From positions 1,364,001 through 1,428,000 of the forward strand of contig CATNEN010000029.1 of the NCBI GenBank assembly GCA_950097015.1: a DNA stretch of 64,000 nucleotides, given 5' to 3'. The notes beneath the pieces were generated by a model. That model was not told the DNA's origin and searched no databases. It worked only from the letters and a program-made list of their open reading frames with translations. Below, one piece after another: positions 12,001 through 25,252 of the stretch (position 1 is its first letter; the number at the start of each line of letters is the position of its first letter). This stretch comes from Macrostomum hystrix. Taxonomy: Eukaryota > Animalia > Platyhelminthes. The position numbers and the translations under genes were made by a program.

Positions 12001-14886
12001 CCTGGCAGCCGCCAACTGGCCGACTGTTTGAGCCGGCCACAATCGGCCTTGTTTTCCCGCCTGATCGTGTCCTTTCATTGGCTCTTGACGTCGCGCGCGG
12101 CCTAGCCGCTGTTGGCACCGGCTTCGGTCTGGCTCTAATCGACACCGGAGCCAATCGCTGCCTGGCCGCTCATTCCACTCTGACGCCGCCACCCGCTAGC
12201 ACTGCGGCTAGCCATGCGACTTCCACCGCAACTCCGGCTAAGGGAGCCGGCGCTGCCGCCGCTCCGCCCGCGCACAGCAGCGGCGGAGGCTCATCCATCA
12301 CTAAGAGTCTGCGGCAGAGCTTCCGACGTCTAAAGAAACTTCGCGGCGGCAAACGTCAGGAGTACACTGTCACCACCGAGGAGGCCGCTGCAGAGGGCGC
12401 TGGGCCGTCCACTTCAGCTGAGCCGCAGGCCGAAGCGGCCACTGCTGAGGAGACCGGCGCTGCCGATAAGAAAAAGAAAGATAAGAAAGAGAAAGAAAAG
12501 GAGAAGAAGAAAGAAGATAAGAAGGAGAAGGAGAAAAAAGACAAGAAGGAGAAGAAAGAAGACGAGAAAGCTGAGAAGAAAGAAGAGGAAAAAGAAGAGA
12601 AAGTCGAAGAAGTTAAGGAGGCGGAGAAAAAGCCGGAGGAGGAGCCATGTGGCTCCAGCAAGGCAGCTGAGGCTGAGGCCGAGACTGCCTCGCCTGCAGT
12701 CGAGCAACCCGCTCCGGTCCCCGAGAAGCCGAAGCAGCTACCGCTTACATCAGAGGTTGCAGCCGAAAGTCATGGCCTCATTCGTTGCCTTCTGATTGCT
12801 GAAGCCCACCTGTTGACAGCCGGGGCCGGTACAACTGCACTTTTCGCCGGAGATCGTGCCGGTCGAGTCTACGCTTTCCAGGTTGACACGCCGGCCCCAG
12901 CCGCTGGCGCTGAAGCCGCCGCTGCCGCCCCTACCAAGCAGGCCCGTCTGGCCAAAGAGTTGCACCTGCGCCACGGCGCCCCGGTGGTTGCCATCCACGT
13001 CACCGGTGAACAGCAGCAGCTAGTGGTTACCTCTGAGCAGCAGGTTAAACTGTTCTCCCTGCCCAGCCTCAGGCCTCGTTGCAAGGCCCGCCTACTGCCG
13101 CCCGAAGATCCGGCCAAACTGCGCACCTGCGGACTGGCCCAGTTCCGCACGGCCGCCTCCGAACACCCAACGCAGACTGGTCTCGTCGTTGAGGACAGTC
13201 TAGGCCGCCTGCTGGTGCTCAGCCTGCCACAGTTGAAGATCCTCGCTCAGTTGGATCGGCCGAATGCCGCTGCCGCCAGCGGAAGCCTCACCTACCAGCC
13301 GTCTGGCGCAATCAACCCGCTAGCCGTGGCCGTTGCCGGCCGGTCCCGCGTCCGACTAGTCCGCCTCTCGGCAGTCAACACTGACTCCGGCCGCTACGTG
13401 TCTCCGGCTGGCCTTGAACTGCCCGACTGGGCTCGTCCTGCCAAGGCTGCCCAATCGCCCGCTCAGCAACAGCAGCAGCAGGCCAGTTCGGCTGTTTCCG
13501 CTGCAACCGGAGCCGCTGCCGCTTCCGCTAGCCCGGCAGATGCGGCTGAAACTGAAACGGCCGCCGTTGCGGATGCCGGAGCTGCCGAGCACGAGCAGGC
13601 GGAGCAGGACGCGGATGCCGACCATAGCCATCACCAGGTGGTGGCCGACATCACTCTGGACGACATCAAGGAGTACGCTGCTGCTGCGTAAGTAGTGAAT
13701 CATTTAGCGCCTTGGATACTGAATATGCCATGCTTCTGTATATAATTATCCCATTCCTGCATACAGAATCATCCCATTCCTTCATACAGAATTGTCCCAT
13801 TCCTGCATACAGAATTATCCCATTCCTGCATAACAGAATCATCCCATTCCTGCATACAGAATTATCCCATTCCTGCATACAGAATTATCCCATTCCTTCA
13901 TACAGAATTGTCCCATTCCTGCATACAGAATTATCCCATTCCTGCATAACAGAATCATCCCATTCCTGCATACAGAATTATCCCATTCCTGCATACAGAA
14001 TTATCCCATTCCTGCATACAGAATTGTCCCATTCCTGCATACAGAATTATCCCATTCCTGCATACAGAATTATCCCATTCCTGCATACAGAATCATCCCA
14101 TTCCTGCATACAGAGAGTTATCCTATATTCCCTACTGAATTATCCCACTCTTCGATACCGACGAATGAGTTAAAAAATCCTACTGTTCCGTTCAGAGTTG
14201 CCCCATTCTTACGTACCAAGTTATCCCGTTATATACTGAATATGGCTCCAGAGACACATAATTACGATTTTTCGCTAAATTATGTGTCTCCGTACTCATT
14301 TATCCTTCCTAATTCTGTTTACTGTGTCACTGCTGGCCAATTTTGCAATTCGATAATTCGAGTTTAATTCACTAACTTTTTTCTCCAGTCCTCTGCCGCC
14401 AACGGAAACGATTCCCGAGGTCAACGAGAAGCCAGAGCCGGCCGCAGCTGAGCCAGAGGAGCCAGCCGCTGCTCCCGAGAAGGCTGTCGACGATCTTGCG
14501 AAGCCGGTCTTAGTTGAAGTGGACAATTCGTCTCCAGCCAATGAAAAATGCGTCAAAGGCGAAGTGTCGCCTTCTGATATCAAAGCGGCCGTTGGCTCCT
14601 TCGTTGAGCCAGTTATAGCCGAGGCCTCAAACGCTGCTGGTGAGTTGCCGAGTGGCAGAGTGGTCTAACGCGGGGTCAACCATCCAAGGCACAGGGAGAG
14701 TGTACACTGCCTATCGATGAGTAAAATCAGGACAGATGTACACTGCTGTGTAATGGGGCAGGATTGCTACCTCGCTGGCTCGCTCGCTGGTCCTATGCCA
14801 CAAATATGGTTATATTTAGGCTTCAATAACCTGGTCCTAATGTCCATTTTTGTATTCTTTCAGGCGACTCAACCACCGAGCAGTGA
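6011..14886 (+). CDS. lgl: Lethal(2) giant larvae (Lgl/LLGL) homologue, WD40 polarity protein, 7 exons, ~1295 aa
   Basis: Phase-compatible GT-AG exons: 6011-6133, 7347-7444, 7545-7626, 8400-8671, 10649-13687, 14389-14639, 14864-14886. Family motifs: GFPDNATTIAHDTQLNLLAIGTKTG, YGAPG, VYGPFPCLPVTRL, GGMAKNTHADRHTVTL, KELHLRHGAPVV. The aPKC cluster SITKSLRQSFRR is present and there is no C-terminal R-SNARE, which favours Lgl over tomosyn. Confidence 0.9.
13751..14113. repeat. 23-bp minisatellite (cccattcctgcatacagaattat)n, ~16 copies, in Lgl intron 5
   Basis: Period of 23 read directly (13751, 13774, ...). Confidence 0.95.
14652..14750 (+). mobile_element. Internally deleted relic of the tRNA-derived SINE family found at 56810-57171, in Lgl intron 6
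   Basis: gtggcagagtggtctaacgcg matches the SINE A-box head. caaccatccaaggcacagggagagtgtacactgcctatcgatgagtaaaatcaggacagatgtacac matches the SINE body ccaacctccaaggcacagtgacgtgtacactgcctaacgatgagaaagtcagggcagatgtacac. Confidence 0.7.
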
Positions 14887-16366
14887 GGCAGTGAGCGGGA
14901 CCAGGACCAACAGTGCTCGAGCGAGCCGCGGCTTTGCCATTCACTGGACAGTTGTTGTTTATTATTGTCTTGCACTGCGTTGACAGTTTCCTATTTCTAT
15001 ATCAGTTGCTTCTCTCCCCCGTCCCGTTTGATTAATTGAGACCAAAGGCTTTGAGACCAACTTATTTATCCAAGTCTGATTTGCCTGGAAATCGCCTATT
15101 CGACAAGGCCGAGTGTGTCCATTTCTATCTTAATTAATCGCTCTATGAAAAACTTGTCTGCAGTTTAGCTCGGTTTTTTAATTCTTACAAATATTAAAAC
15201 TATTATCGGCTACGGGCTATCGCACTTGATTCCCCGAATCCCAACGTTTAGCTAAGCTTCTCCATTTCTCCTAAACGCGTTTTTAACCAATAATGTTTTT
15301 AATTCATAAATAAGCAATTTGCCGCTTAATTTTGGTTTGGATGGGAAAAGAAGCCAGCGTTTTCTTGCTTTCACATCCTACACCTACTACTCATTTTTAA
15401 TAATCTCCGCAGTAGGTAGACACGCGCACGCCTATTTTCATTTAGCTTCTCCTGACCCCTCTCGGCCCACCCAATCATTTCATTAGAATTAGCAATTGCG
15501 CCTTTTATTATACATTTTATTAATTTTAATAGCCTTAGTAACTATTGCTAAGCTTCTACGCTTAGGATTTCGTTGTTTTTTAATCTCTAATAAAAGGCAA
15601 GCAATCAATGACGGTATTGTCGCTGTCAAGCTAACGGCCCGGTATTTTGCTTACAAAAGCAGGTTTGTTCATTCTTGCAATATGACCAATCGTCATCAAG
15701 CTCCCTCCTGTTTGGCAATTAACAAGCATGCGTTCGCGTTTTTTCTATTTCTTTCTGTCCCAGTCGTTCGATATTTTGCCTATTGATTTTATTCTACTAA
15801 GTTATTCCAAAGTAATCAGTCCGTTGTTAGTTAAAATTATTTTACTTTTTATTCGCTACAAATACCAATGTTACATAGGTGGCTCTAAAGCTTATCTGCG
15901 CAATATTTTAATAATTTCATAATCAATATAAAATATCGAATACCAATCGATCAAGCCCTTGCTGCTTCCGCTGAAAATTCCCCGGTTTTTCCTCCGAAGC
16001 AATTTTGTTGCCGGTTTTCCACCCACCTCACACCTACCCAGGCGCACTTGCTTTTCTTTTTTTATTCGTAATTCTAATTCTCGCTTGACATTCTACCAAT
16101 GGTAACAATAATAATAATATTATTATTATAAATATTTTATGACTGCGTTGGAAACAAAAAAGTGCGTGGCATCTCCATAAACTTTCTTGGCGGCCAAGCT
16201 GCGCCCGTTTTTACGCATGTTTGCTTAATTATTTATTAATTTAGGCACAGTTTCCAGTTGCTATGTAGCTGAAATTGGAGACGAATGACGTGAGTTTTGT
16301 TACATACGTACGTTCGGAGAAGCCAACCAAGCTAACGTATGACCCAAGAGGTCGGGGGTTCGCACA

Positions 16367-16491
16367 GTTTCACACAGAACGAGCGTATTAAGCTAGATAT
16401 ATAAAAATTCTTTAAGCAATTTCGTTTCTACTATTCGTCACACTCATTACATAATTTCAATAGGCTATACTTTGATAACAATCAAATAACT
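16367..16491. repeat. ~125-bp direct repeat, copy 1 (copy 2 at 18477-18601)
   Basis: gtttcacacagaacgagcg...atcaaataact is near-identical in both places, differing by two single-base indels. Confidence 0.9.
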
Positions 16492-16578
16492 AAGAATAAT
16501 AAAGAACTTAACAATTCTATCGGCAATGTCCATTTCCGCGTAACTTTTTCGATACCTCACCCTGCCTGCCTGTACGTC

Positions 16579-18328
16579 CTACAATTCACACACCTCACAA
16601 ACAGACCCATCCCCTAATTCACACACCTCACAAACAGACCCATCCCCTAATTCACACACCTCACAAACAGACCCATCCCCTAATTCACGCTCCTCACAAA
16701 CAGACCCATCACCTAATTCACGCTCCTCACAAACAGACCCATCCCCTAATTCACACTCCTCACAAACAAACCCATCCCCTGATTCACACTCCTCACAAAC
16801 AGACCCATCCCCTAATTCACGCTCCTCACAAACAAACCCATCCCCTAATTCACGCTCCTCACAAACAGACCCATCCCCTAATTCACACTCCTCACAAACA
16901 AACCCATCCCCTGATTCACACTCCTCACAAACAGACCCATCCCCTAATTCACGCTCCTCACAAACAAACCCATCCCCTAATTCACGCTCCTCACAAACAG
17001 ACCCATCCCCTAATTCACACTCCTCACAAACAAACCCATCCCCTAATTCACACTCCTCACAAACAGACCCATCCCCTAATTCACACACCTCACAAACAGA
17101 CCCATCCCCTAATTCACACACCTCACAAACAGACCCATCCCCTAATTCACGCTCCTCACAAACAAACCCATCCCCTAATTCACGCTCCTCACAAACAAAC
17201 CCATCCCCTAATTCACGCTCCTCACAAACAGACCCATCACCTAATTCACGCTCCTCACAAACAGACCCATCACCTAATTCACGCTCCTCACAAACAGACC
17301 CATCCCCTAATTCACACACCTCACAAACAGACCCATCCCCTAATTCACACACCTCACAAACAGACCCATCCCCTAATTCACGCTCCTCACAAACAAACCC
17401 ATCCCCTAATTCACGCTCCTCACAAACAGACCCATCACCTAATTCACGCTCCTCACAAACAGACCCATCACCTAATTCACGCTCCTCACAAACAGACCCA
17501 TCCCCTAATTCACACACCTCACAAACAGACCCATCCCCTAATTCACGCTCCTCACAAACAGACCCATCACCTAATTCACGCTCCTCACAAACAGACCCAT
17601 CACCTAATTCACGCTCCTCACAAACAGACCCATCCCCTGATTCACACTCCTCACAAACAGACCCATCCCCTAATTTACACTCCTCACAAACAGACCCATC
17701 CCCTAATTCACACTCCTCACAAACAGACCCATCCCCTAATTCACGCTCCTCACAAACAGACCCATCCCCTAATTCACACTCCTCACAAACAGACCCATCA
17801 CCTAATTCACGCTCCTCACAAACAAACCCATCCCCTGATTCACACTCCTCACAAACAGACCCATCCCCTAATTTACACTCCTCACAAACAGACCCATCCC
17901 CTAATTCACACTCCTCACAAACAGACCCATCCCCTAATTCACACTCCTCACAAACAGACCCATCCCCTAATTTACACTCCTCACAAACAGACCCATCCCC
18001 TAATTCACACTCCTCACAAACAGACCCATCCCCTAATTCACGCTCCTCACAAACAGACCCATCCCCTAATTCACGCTCCTCACAAACAGACCCATCCCCT
18101 AATTCACACTCCTCACAAACAGACCCATCACCTAATTCACGCTCCTCACAAACAAACCCATCCCCTGATTCACACTCCTCACAAACAGACCCATCCCCTA
18201 ATTTACACTCCTCACAAACAGACCCATCCCCTAATTCACACTCCTCACAAACAGACCCATCCCCTAATTCACGCTCCTCACAAACAGACCCATCCCCTAA
18301 TTCACACTCCTCACAAACAAACCCATCC
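16579..18328. repeat. 33-bp minisatellite (cctaattcacactcctcacaaacagacccatcc)n, ~53 copies
   Basis: The 33-bp period gives an 11-aa repeat (ELGDGSVCEEC) on the minus strand. Confidence 0.95.
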
Positions 18329-18445
18329 ATCAGACAGCTTACACCCAAGCCACCCCCCATTCAGACAGCTTACACCCAAGCCACCCCCCATTCAGACAGC
18401 TTACACCCAAGCCACCCCCCCATTCAGACAGCTTACACCCAAGCC
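18329..18445. repeat. 31-bp tandem repeat (cagacagcttacacccaagccaccccccatt), ~3.5 copies
   Basis: Units start at 18331, 18362, 18393 and 18425. Confidence 0.9.
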
Positions 18446-18476
18446 TTACTCCTTACTTGTCAGCAAAGCAAATATT

Positions 18477-18601
18477 GTTTCACACAGAACGAGCGTATAA
18501 GCTAGATATATAAAAATTCTTTAAGCAATTTCGTTTCTACTATTCGTCACACTCATTACATAATTTCAATAGGCTATACTTTGATCAACAATCAAATAAC
18601 T
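18477..18601. repeat. ~125-bp direct repeat, copy 2
   Basis: Matches 16367-16491. Confidence 0.9.
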
Positions 18602-19138
18602 GTCAATCGCAAGGGACACGAGCATTGACCTGTAACACGCGAGCATGTCCCAGTTGCTATCCACTTTATTTATTTATATTGAGCCTTAATTAAGTGAGCC
18701 AAAGGTCGTGACAGTCTTGGCAATTCAAATCCCGAGTCAGCACATCTTTCGTCAGTCTGGTCCAGTCAAATCGAGCGGACGGGATTGATTGACACAGTCT
18801 AAAACTGAGATAAGATCCGGCGTACCTTGTGGCTAAAATAGCTCGTATTTGACTAAACTTATAACAGGCACCTAAACGGTTTTCATTGAAAGTGTGGAAA
18901 ACCTTGTTGTTGATCAGCTGAGCTATGAAGGTTTATAAGCATATTAGAAGAGCTACAGCATATATATAGTTAAGACAGGTCGTTAACATGTCAGATTATT
19001 TAATTCTCTATTTTGTGTGTTAGCGAGTATTTCGTGCGATCCATGCCAACAGCCTACCTATAGTAGAGTTGAATCAAAATATCAAGGAACTAAATTGAAG
19101 GAATTGTGTATTTCATTATTAAGATTGCTAGATTGATT

Positions 19139-22100
19139 GCTAGTATCTGGTCTAGTATGATGGCTAGTGTCTGGTCTAGTATGATGGCTAGTGTCTGGTC
19201 TAGTATGATGGCTAGTATCTGGTCTAGTATGATGGCTAGTATCTGGTCTAGTATGATGGCTAGTGTCTGGTCTAGTATGATGGCTAGTGTCTGGTCTAGT
19301 ATGATGGCTAGTATCTGGTCTAGTATGATGGCTAGTGTCTGGTCTAGTATGATGGCTAGTGTCTGGTCTACTATGATGGCTAGTGTCTGGTCTAGTATAA
19401 TTGCTAGTGTCTGGTCTAGTATGATGGCTAGTGTCTGGTCTAGTATAATGGCTAGTGTCTGGTCTAGTATGATGGCTAGTGTCTGGTCTAGTATAAAGGC
19501 TAGTGTCTGGTCTAGTATGATGTCTAGTGTCTGGTCTAGTATGATGGCTAGTGTCTGGTCTAGTATGATGGCTAGTGTCTGGTCTAGTATGATGGCTAGT
19601 GTCTGGTCTGGTATGATGGCTAGTGTCTGGTCTAGTATGATGGCTAGTATCTGGTCTAGTATGATGGCTAGTGTCTGGTCTAGTATGATGGCTAGTATCT
19701 GGTCTAGTATGATGGCTAGTGTCTGGTCTAGTATGATGGCTAGTGTCTGGTCTAGTATGATGGCTAGTGTCTGGTCTAGTATGATGGCTAGTGTCTGGTC
19801 TAGTATGATGGCTAGTATCTGGTCTAGTATGATGGCTAGTGTCTTGTCTAGTATGATGGCTAGTGTCTGGTCTAGTATGATGGCTAGTGTCTGGTCTAGT
19901 ATAATGGCTTATGTGGTCTAGTATGATGGCTAGTGTCTGGTCTAGTATAATGGCTTATGTGGTCTAGTATGATGGCTAGTATCTGGTCTAGTATGATGGC
20001 TAGAGTCTGGTCTAGTATGATGGCTAGTGTCTGGTCTAGTATAATTGCTAGTGTCTGGTCTAGTATGATGGCTAGTGTCTGGTCTAGTATAATGGCTAGT
20101 GTCTGGTCTAGTATGATGGCTAGTGTCTGGTCTAGTATGATGGCTAGTGTCTGGTCTACTATGATGGCTAGTGTCTGGTCTAGTACGAGCGTATGATGGC
20201 TAGTATCTGGTCTAGTATGATTGCTAGTATCTGGTCTAGTATGATGGCTAGTATCTGGTTTAGTATGATGGCTAGTATCTGGTCTAGTATGATGGCTAGT
20301 ATCTGGTCTAGTATGATGGCTAGTATCTGGTATAGTATGATGGCTAGTGTCTGGTCTACTATGATGGCTAGTGTCTGGTCTAGTATAATTGCTAGTGTCT
20401 GGTCTAGTATGATGGCTAGTGTCTGGTCTAGTATAATGGCTAGTGTCTGGTCTAGTATGATGGCTAGTGTCTGGTCTAGTATAAAGGCTAGTGTCTGGTC
20501 TAGTATGATGTCTAGTGTCTGGTCTAGTATGATGGCTAGTGTCTGGTCTAGTATGATGGCTAGTGTCTGGTCTAGTATGATGGCTAGTGTCTGGTCTGGT
20601 ATGATGGCTAGTGTCTGGTCTAGTATGATGGCTAGTATCTGGTCTAGTATGATGGCTAGTGTCTGGTCTAGTATGATGGCTAGTATCTGGTCTAGTATGA
20701 TGGCTAGTGTCTGGTCTAGTATGATGGCTAGTGTCTGGTCTAGTATGATGGCTAGTGTCTGGTCTAGTATGATGGCTAGTGTCTGGTCTAGTATGATGGC
20801 TAGTATCTGGTCTAGTATGATGGCTAGTGTCTTGTCTAGTATGATGGCTAGTGTCTGGTCTAGTATGATGGCTAGTGTCTGGTCTAGTATAATGGCTTAT
20901 GTGGTCTAGTATGATGGCTAGTGTCTGGTCTAGTATAATGGCTTATGTGGTCTAGTATGATGGCTAGTATCTGGTCTAGTATGATGGCTAGAGTCTGGTC
21001 TAGTATGATGGCTAGTGTCTGGTCTAGTATAATTGCTAGTGTCTGGTCTAGTATGATGGCTAGTGTCTGGTCTAGTATGATGGCTAGTGTCTGGTCTAGT
21101 ATGATGGCTAGTGTCTGGTCTACTATGATGGCTAGTGTCTGGTCTAGTATAATTGCTAGTGTCTGGTCTAGTATAATGGCTAGTGTCTGGTCTAGTATAA
21201 TGGCTAGTGTCTGGTCTAGTATGATGGCTAGTGTCTGGTCTAGTATAAAGGCTAGTGTCTGGTCTAGTATGATGGCTAGTGTCTGGTCTAGTATGATGGC
21301 TAGTGTCTGGTCTAGTATGATGGCTAGTGTCTGGTCTAGTATGATGGCTAGTGTCTGGTCTGGTATGATGGCTAGTGTCTGGTCTAGTATGATGGCTAGT
21401 ATCTGGTCTAGTATGATGGCTAGTGTCTGGTCTAGTATGATGGCTAGTATCTGGTCTAGTATGATGGCTAGTGTCTGGTCTAGTATGATGGCTAGTGTCT
21501 GGTCTAGTATGATGGCTAGTGTCTGGTCTAGTATGATGGCTAGTATCTGGTCTAGTATGATGGCTAGTATCTGGTCTAGTATGATGGCTAGTGTCTGGTC
21601 TAGTATGATGGCTAGTGTCTGGTCTAGTATGATGGCTAGTATCTGGTTTAGTATGATGGCTAGTATCTGGTCTAGTATGATGGCTAGTATCTGGTCTAGT
21701 ATGATGGCTAGTATCTGGTATAGTATGATGGCTAGTATCTGGTCTAGTATGATGGCTAGTGTCTGGTCTAGTACGAGCGTATGATGGCTAGTATCTGGTC
21801 TAGTACGAGCGTATGATGGCTAGTATCTGGTCTAGTATGATGGCTAGTGTCTGGTCTAGTACGAGCGTATGATGGCTAGTATCTGGTCTAGTATGATGGC
21901 TAGTGTCTGGTCTAGTATGATGGCTAGTATCTGGTCTAGTATGATGGCTAGTGTCTGGTCTAGAATGATGGCTAGTATCTGGTCTAGTATGATGGCTAGT
22001 GTCTTGTCTAGTATGATGCTAAGGGTCTGTTCTAGTATGATGGCTAGTGTCTGGTCTAGTATGATGGCTAGTGTCTGGTCTAGTATAGTGGCTTATGTGG

Positions 22101-25100
22101 TCTAGTATGATGGCTAGTGTCTGGTCTAGTATAATGGCTTATGTGGTCTAGTATGATGGCTAGTGTCTGGTCTAGTATAATGGCTTATGTGGTCTAGTAT
22201 GATGGCTAGTGTCTGGTCTAGTATAATGGCTTATGTGGTCTAGTATGATGGCTAGTATCTGGTCTAGTATGATGGCTAGTGTCTTGTCTAGTATGATGCT
22301 AAGGGTCTGTTCTAGTATGATGGCTAGTGTCTGGTCTAGTATGATGGCTTATGTGGTCTAGTATGATGGCTAGTGTCTGGTCTAGTATAATGGCTTATGT
22401 GGTCTAGTATGATGGCTAGTGTCTGGTCTAGTATAATGGCTTATGTGGTCTAGTATGATGGCTAGTGTCTGGTCTAGTATAATGGCTTATGTGGTCTAGT
22501 ATGATGGCTAGTGTCTGGTCTAGTATAATGGCTTATGTGGTCTAGTATGATGGCTAGTGTCTGGTCTAGTATAATGGCTTATGTGGTCTAGTATGATGGC
22601 TAGTGTCTGGTCTAGTATAATGGCTTATGTGGTCTAGTATGATGGCTAGTGTCTGGTCTAGTATAATGGCTTATGTTGGTCTAGTATGATGGCTAGTATC
22701 TGGTCTAGTATGATGGCTAGTGTCTTGTCTAGTATGATGGCTAGTGTCTGGTCTAGTATGATGGCTAGTGTCTGGTCTAGTATAATGGCTTATGTGGTCT
22801 AGTATGATGGCTAGTGTCTGGTCTAGTATAATGGCTTATGTGGTCTAGTATGATGGCTAGTATCTGGTCTAGTATGATGGCTAGTGTCTGGTCTAGTATG
22901 ATGGCTAGTGTCTGGTCTAGTATGATGGCTAGTGTCTTGTCTAGTATGATGCTAAGGGTCTGGTCTAGTATGATGGCTAGTATCTGGTCTAGTATGATGG
23001 CTAGTGTCTGGTCTAGTATGATGGCTAGTGTCTGGTCTAGTATGATGGCTAGTATCTGGTCTAGTATGATGGCTAGTGTCTGGTCTAGTATGATGGCTAG
23101 TATCTGGTCTAGTATGATGCTAAGGGTCTGTTCTAGTATGATGCTAAGGGTCTTGTCTAGTATGATGTCTAGTGTCTGGTCTAGTATGATGGCTAGTGTC
23201 TGGTCTAGTATGATGGCTAGTGTCTGGTCTAGTATAATGGCTTATGTGGTCTAGTATGATGGCTAGTGTCTGGTCTAGTATAATGGCTTATGTGGTCTAG
23301 TATGATGGCTAGTATCTGGTCTAGTATGATGGCTAGTGTCTTGTCTAGTATGATGCTAAGGGTCTGTTCTAGTATGATGGCTAGTATCTGGTCTAGTATG
23401 ATGGCTTATGTGGTCTAGTATGATGGCTAGTGTCTGGTCTAGTATAATGGCTTATGTGGTCTAGTATGATGGCTAGTGTCTGGTCTAGTATAATGGCTTA
23501 TGTGGTCTAGTATGATGGCTAGTGTCTGGTCTAGTATAATGGCTTATGTGGTCTAGTATGATGGCTAGTGTCTGGTCTAGTATAATGGCTTATGTGGTCT
23601 AGTATGATGGCTAGTGTCTGGTCTAGTATAATGGCTTATGTGGTCTAGTATGATGGCTAGTGTCTGGTCTAGTATAATGGCTTATGTGGTCTAGTATGAT
23701 GGCTAGTGTCTGGTCTAGTATAATGGCTTATGTGGTCTAGTATGATGGCTAGTATCTGGTCTAGTATGATGGCTAGTGTCTTGTCTAGTATGATGGCTAG
23801 TGTCTGGTCTAGTATGATGGCTAGTGTCTGGTCTAGTATAATGGCTTATGTGGTCTAGTATGATGGCTAGTGTCTGGTCTAGTATAATGGCTTATGTGGT
23901 CTAGTATGATGGCTAGTATCTGGTCTAGTATGATGGCTAGTGTCTGGTCTAGTATGATGGCTAGTGTCTGGTCTAGTATGATGGCTAGTGTCTTGTCTAG
24001 TATGATGCTAAGGGTCTGGTCTAGTATGATGGCTAGTATCTGGTCTAGTATGATGGCTAGTGTCTGGTCTAGTATGATGGCTAGTGTCTGGTCTAGTATG
24101 ATGGCTAGTATCTGGTCTAGTATGATGGCTAGTGTCTGGTCTAGTATGATGGCTAGTATCTGGTCTAGTATGATGCTAAGGGTCTGTTCTAGTATGATGC
24201 TAAGGGTCTTGTCTAGTATGATGTCTAGTGTCTGGTCTAGTATGATGGCTAGTGTCTGGTCTAGTATGATGGCTAGTGTCTGGTCTAGTATGATGGCTAG
24301 TATCTGGTCTAGTATGATGGCTAGTGTCTGGTCTAGTATAAAGGCTAGTGTCTGGTCTAGTATGATGTCTAGTGTCTGGTCTAGTATGATGGCTAGTGTC
24401 TGGTCTAGTATGATGGCTAGTATCTGGTCTAGTATGATGCTAAGGGTCTGGTCTAGTATGATGCTAAGGGTCTGTTCTAGTATGATGGCTAGTGTCTGGT
24501 CCAGTATGATGGCTAGTATCTGGTCTAGTATGATGGCTAGTGTCTGGTCTAGTATGATGGCTAGTATCTGGTCTAGTATGATGGCTAGTGTCTGGTCTAG
24601 TATAAAGGCTAGTGTCTGGTCTAGTATGATGTCTAGTGTCTGGTCTAGTATGATGGCTAGTGTCTGGTCTAGTATGATGGCTAGTATCTGGTCTAGTATG
24701 ATGCTAAGGGTCTGGTCTAGTATGATGCTAAGGGTCTGTTCTAGTATGATGGCTAGTGTCTGGTCTAGTATGATGGCTAGTGTCTTGTCTAGTATGATGC
24801 TAAGGGTCTGTTCTAGTATGATGGCTAGTGTCTGGTCTAGTATAATGGCTTATGTGGTCTAGTATGATGGCTAGTGTCTGGTCTAGTATAATGGCTTATG
24901 TGGTCTAGTATGATGGCTAGTGTCTGGTCTAGTATAGTGGCTTATGTGGTCTAGTATGATGGCTAGTGTCTGGTCTAGTATAATGGCTTATGTGGTCTAG
25001 TATGATGGCTAGTGTCTGGTCTAGTATAGTGGCTTATGTGGTCTAGTATGATGGCTAGTGTCTGGTCTAGTATAATGGCTTATGTGGTCTAGTATGATGG

Positions 25101-25252
25101 CTAGTGTCTGGTCTAGTATAATGGCTTATGTGGTCTAGTATGATGGCTAGTGTCTGGTCTAGTATAATGGCTTATGTGGTCTAGTATGATGGCTAGTGTC
25201 TGGTCTAGTATGATGGCTAGTATCTGCTCTATAGTATGATGGCTAGTGTCTG
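19139..25252. repeat. 24-bp minisatellite (gctagtgtctggtctagtatgatg)n, ~255 copies, with 23-bp variant units and higher-order duplications
   Basis: Continuous array with variant units (gcttatgtgg, gctaagggtc, ataaag, tacgagcg) that recur in blocks. Confidence 0.97.

Noticed and set aside
10758-13691. Tomosyn (STXBP5) call for the WD40 gene
   Set aside because: No C-terminal R-SNARE coiled coil is present in either possible C-terminus, and the Lgl-type KSLRQSFRR aPKC motif is present.
16579-18360. 593-aa Cys/Glu-rich minus ORF (ELGDGSVCEEC)n suggesting a metal-binding protein
   Set aside because: It is coextensive with a 33-bp minisatellite, has no unique coding flanks, signal peptide or evident splice sites, and its start lies in a different repeat.
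19106-24862. (SVWSSMMA)n ORFs
   Set aside because: They come from a 24-bp satellite repeatedly broken by 23-bp units, so the frame is not maintained.
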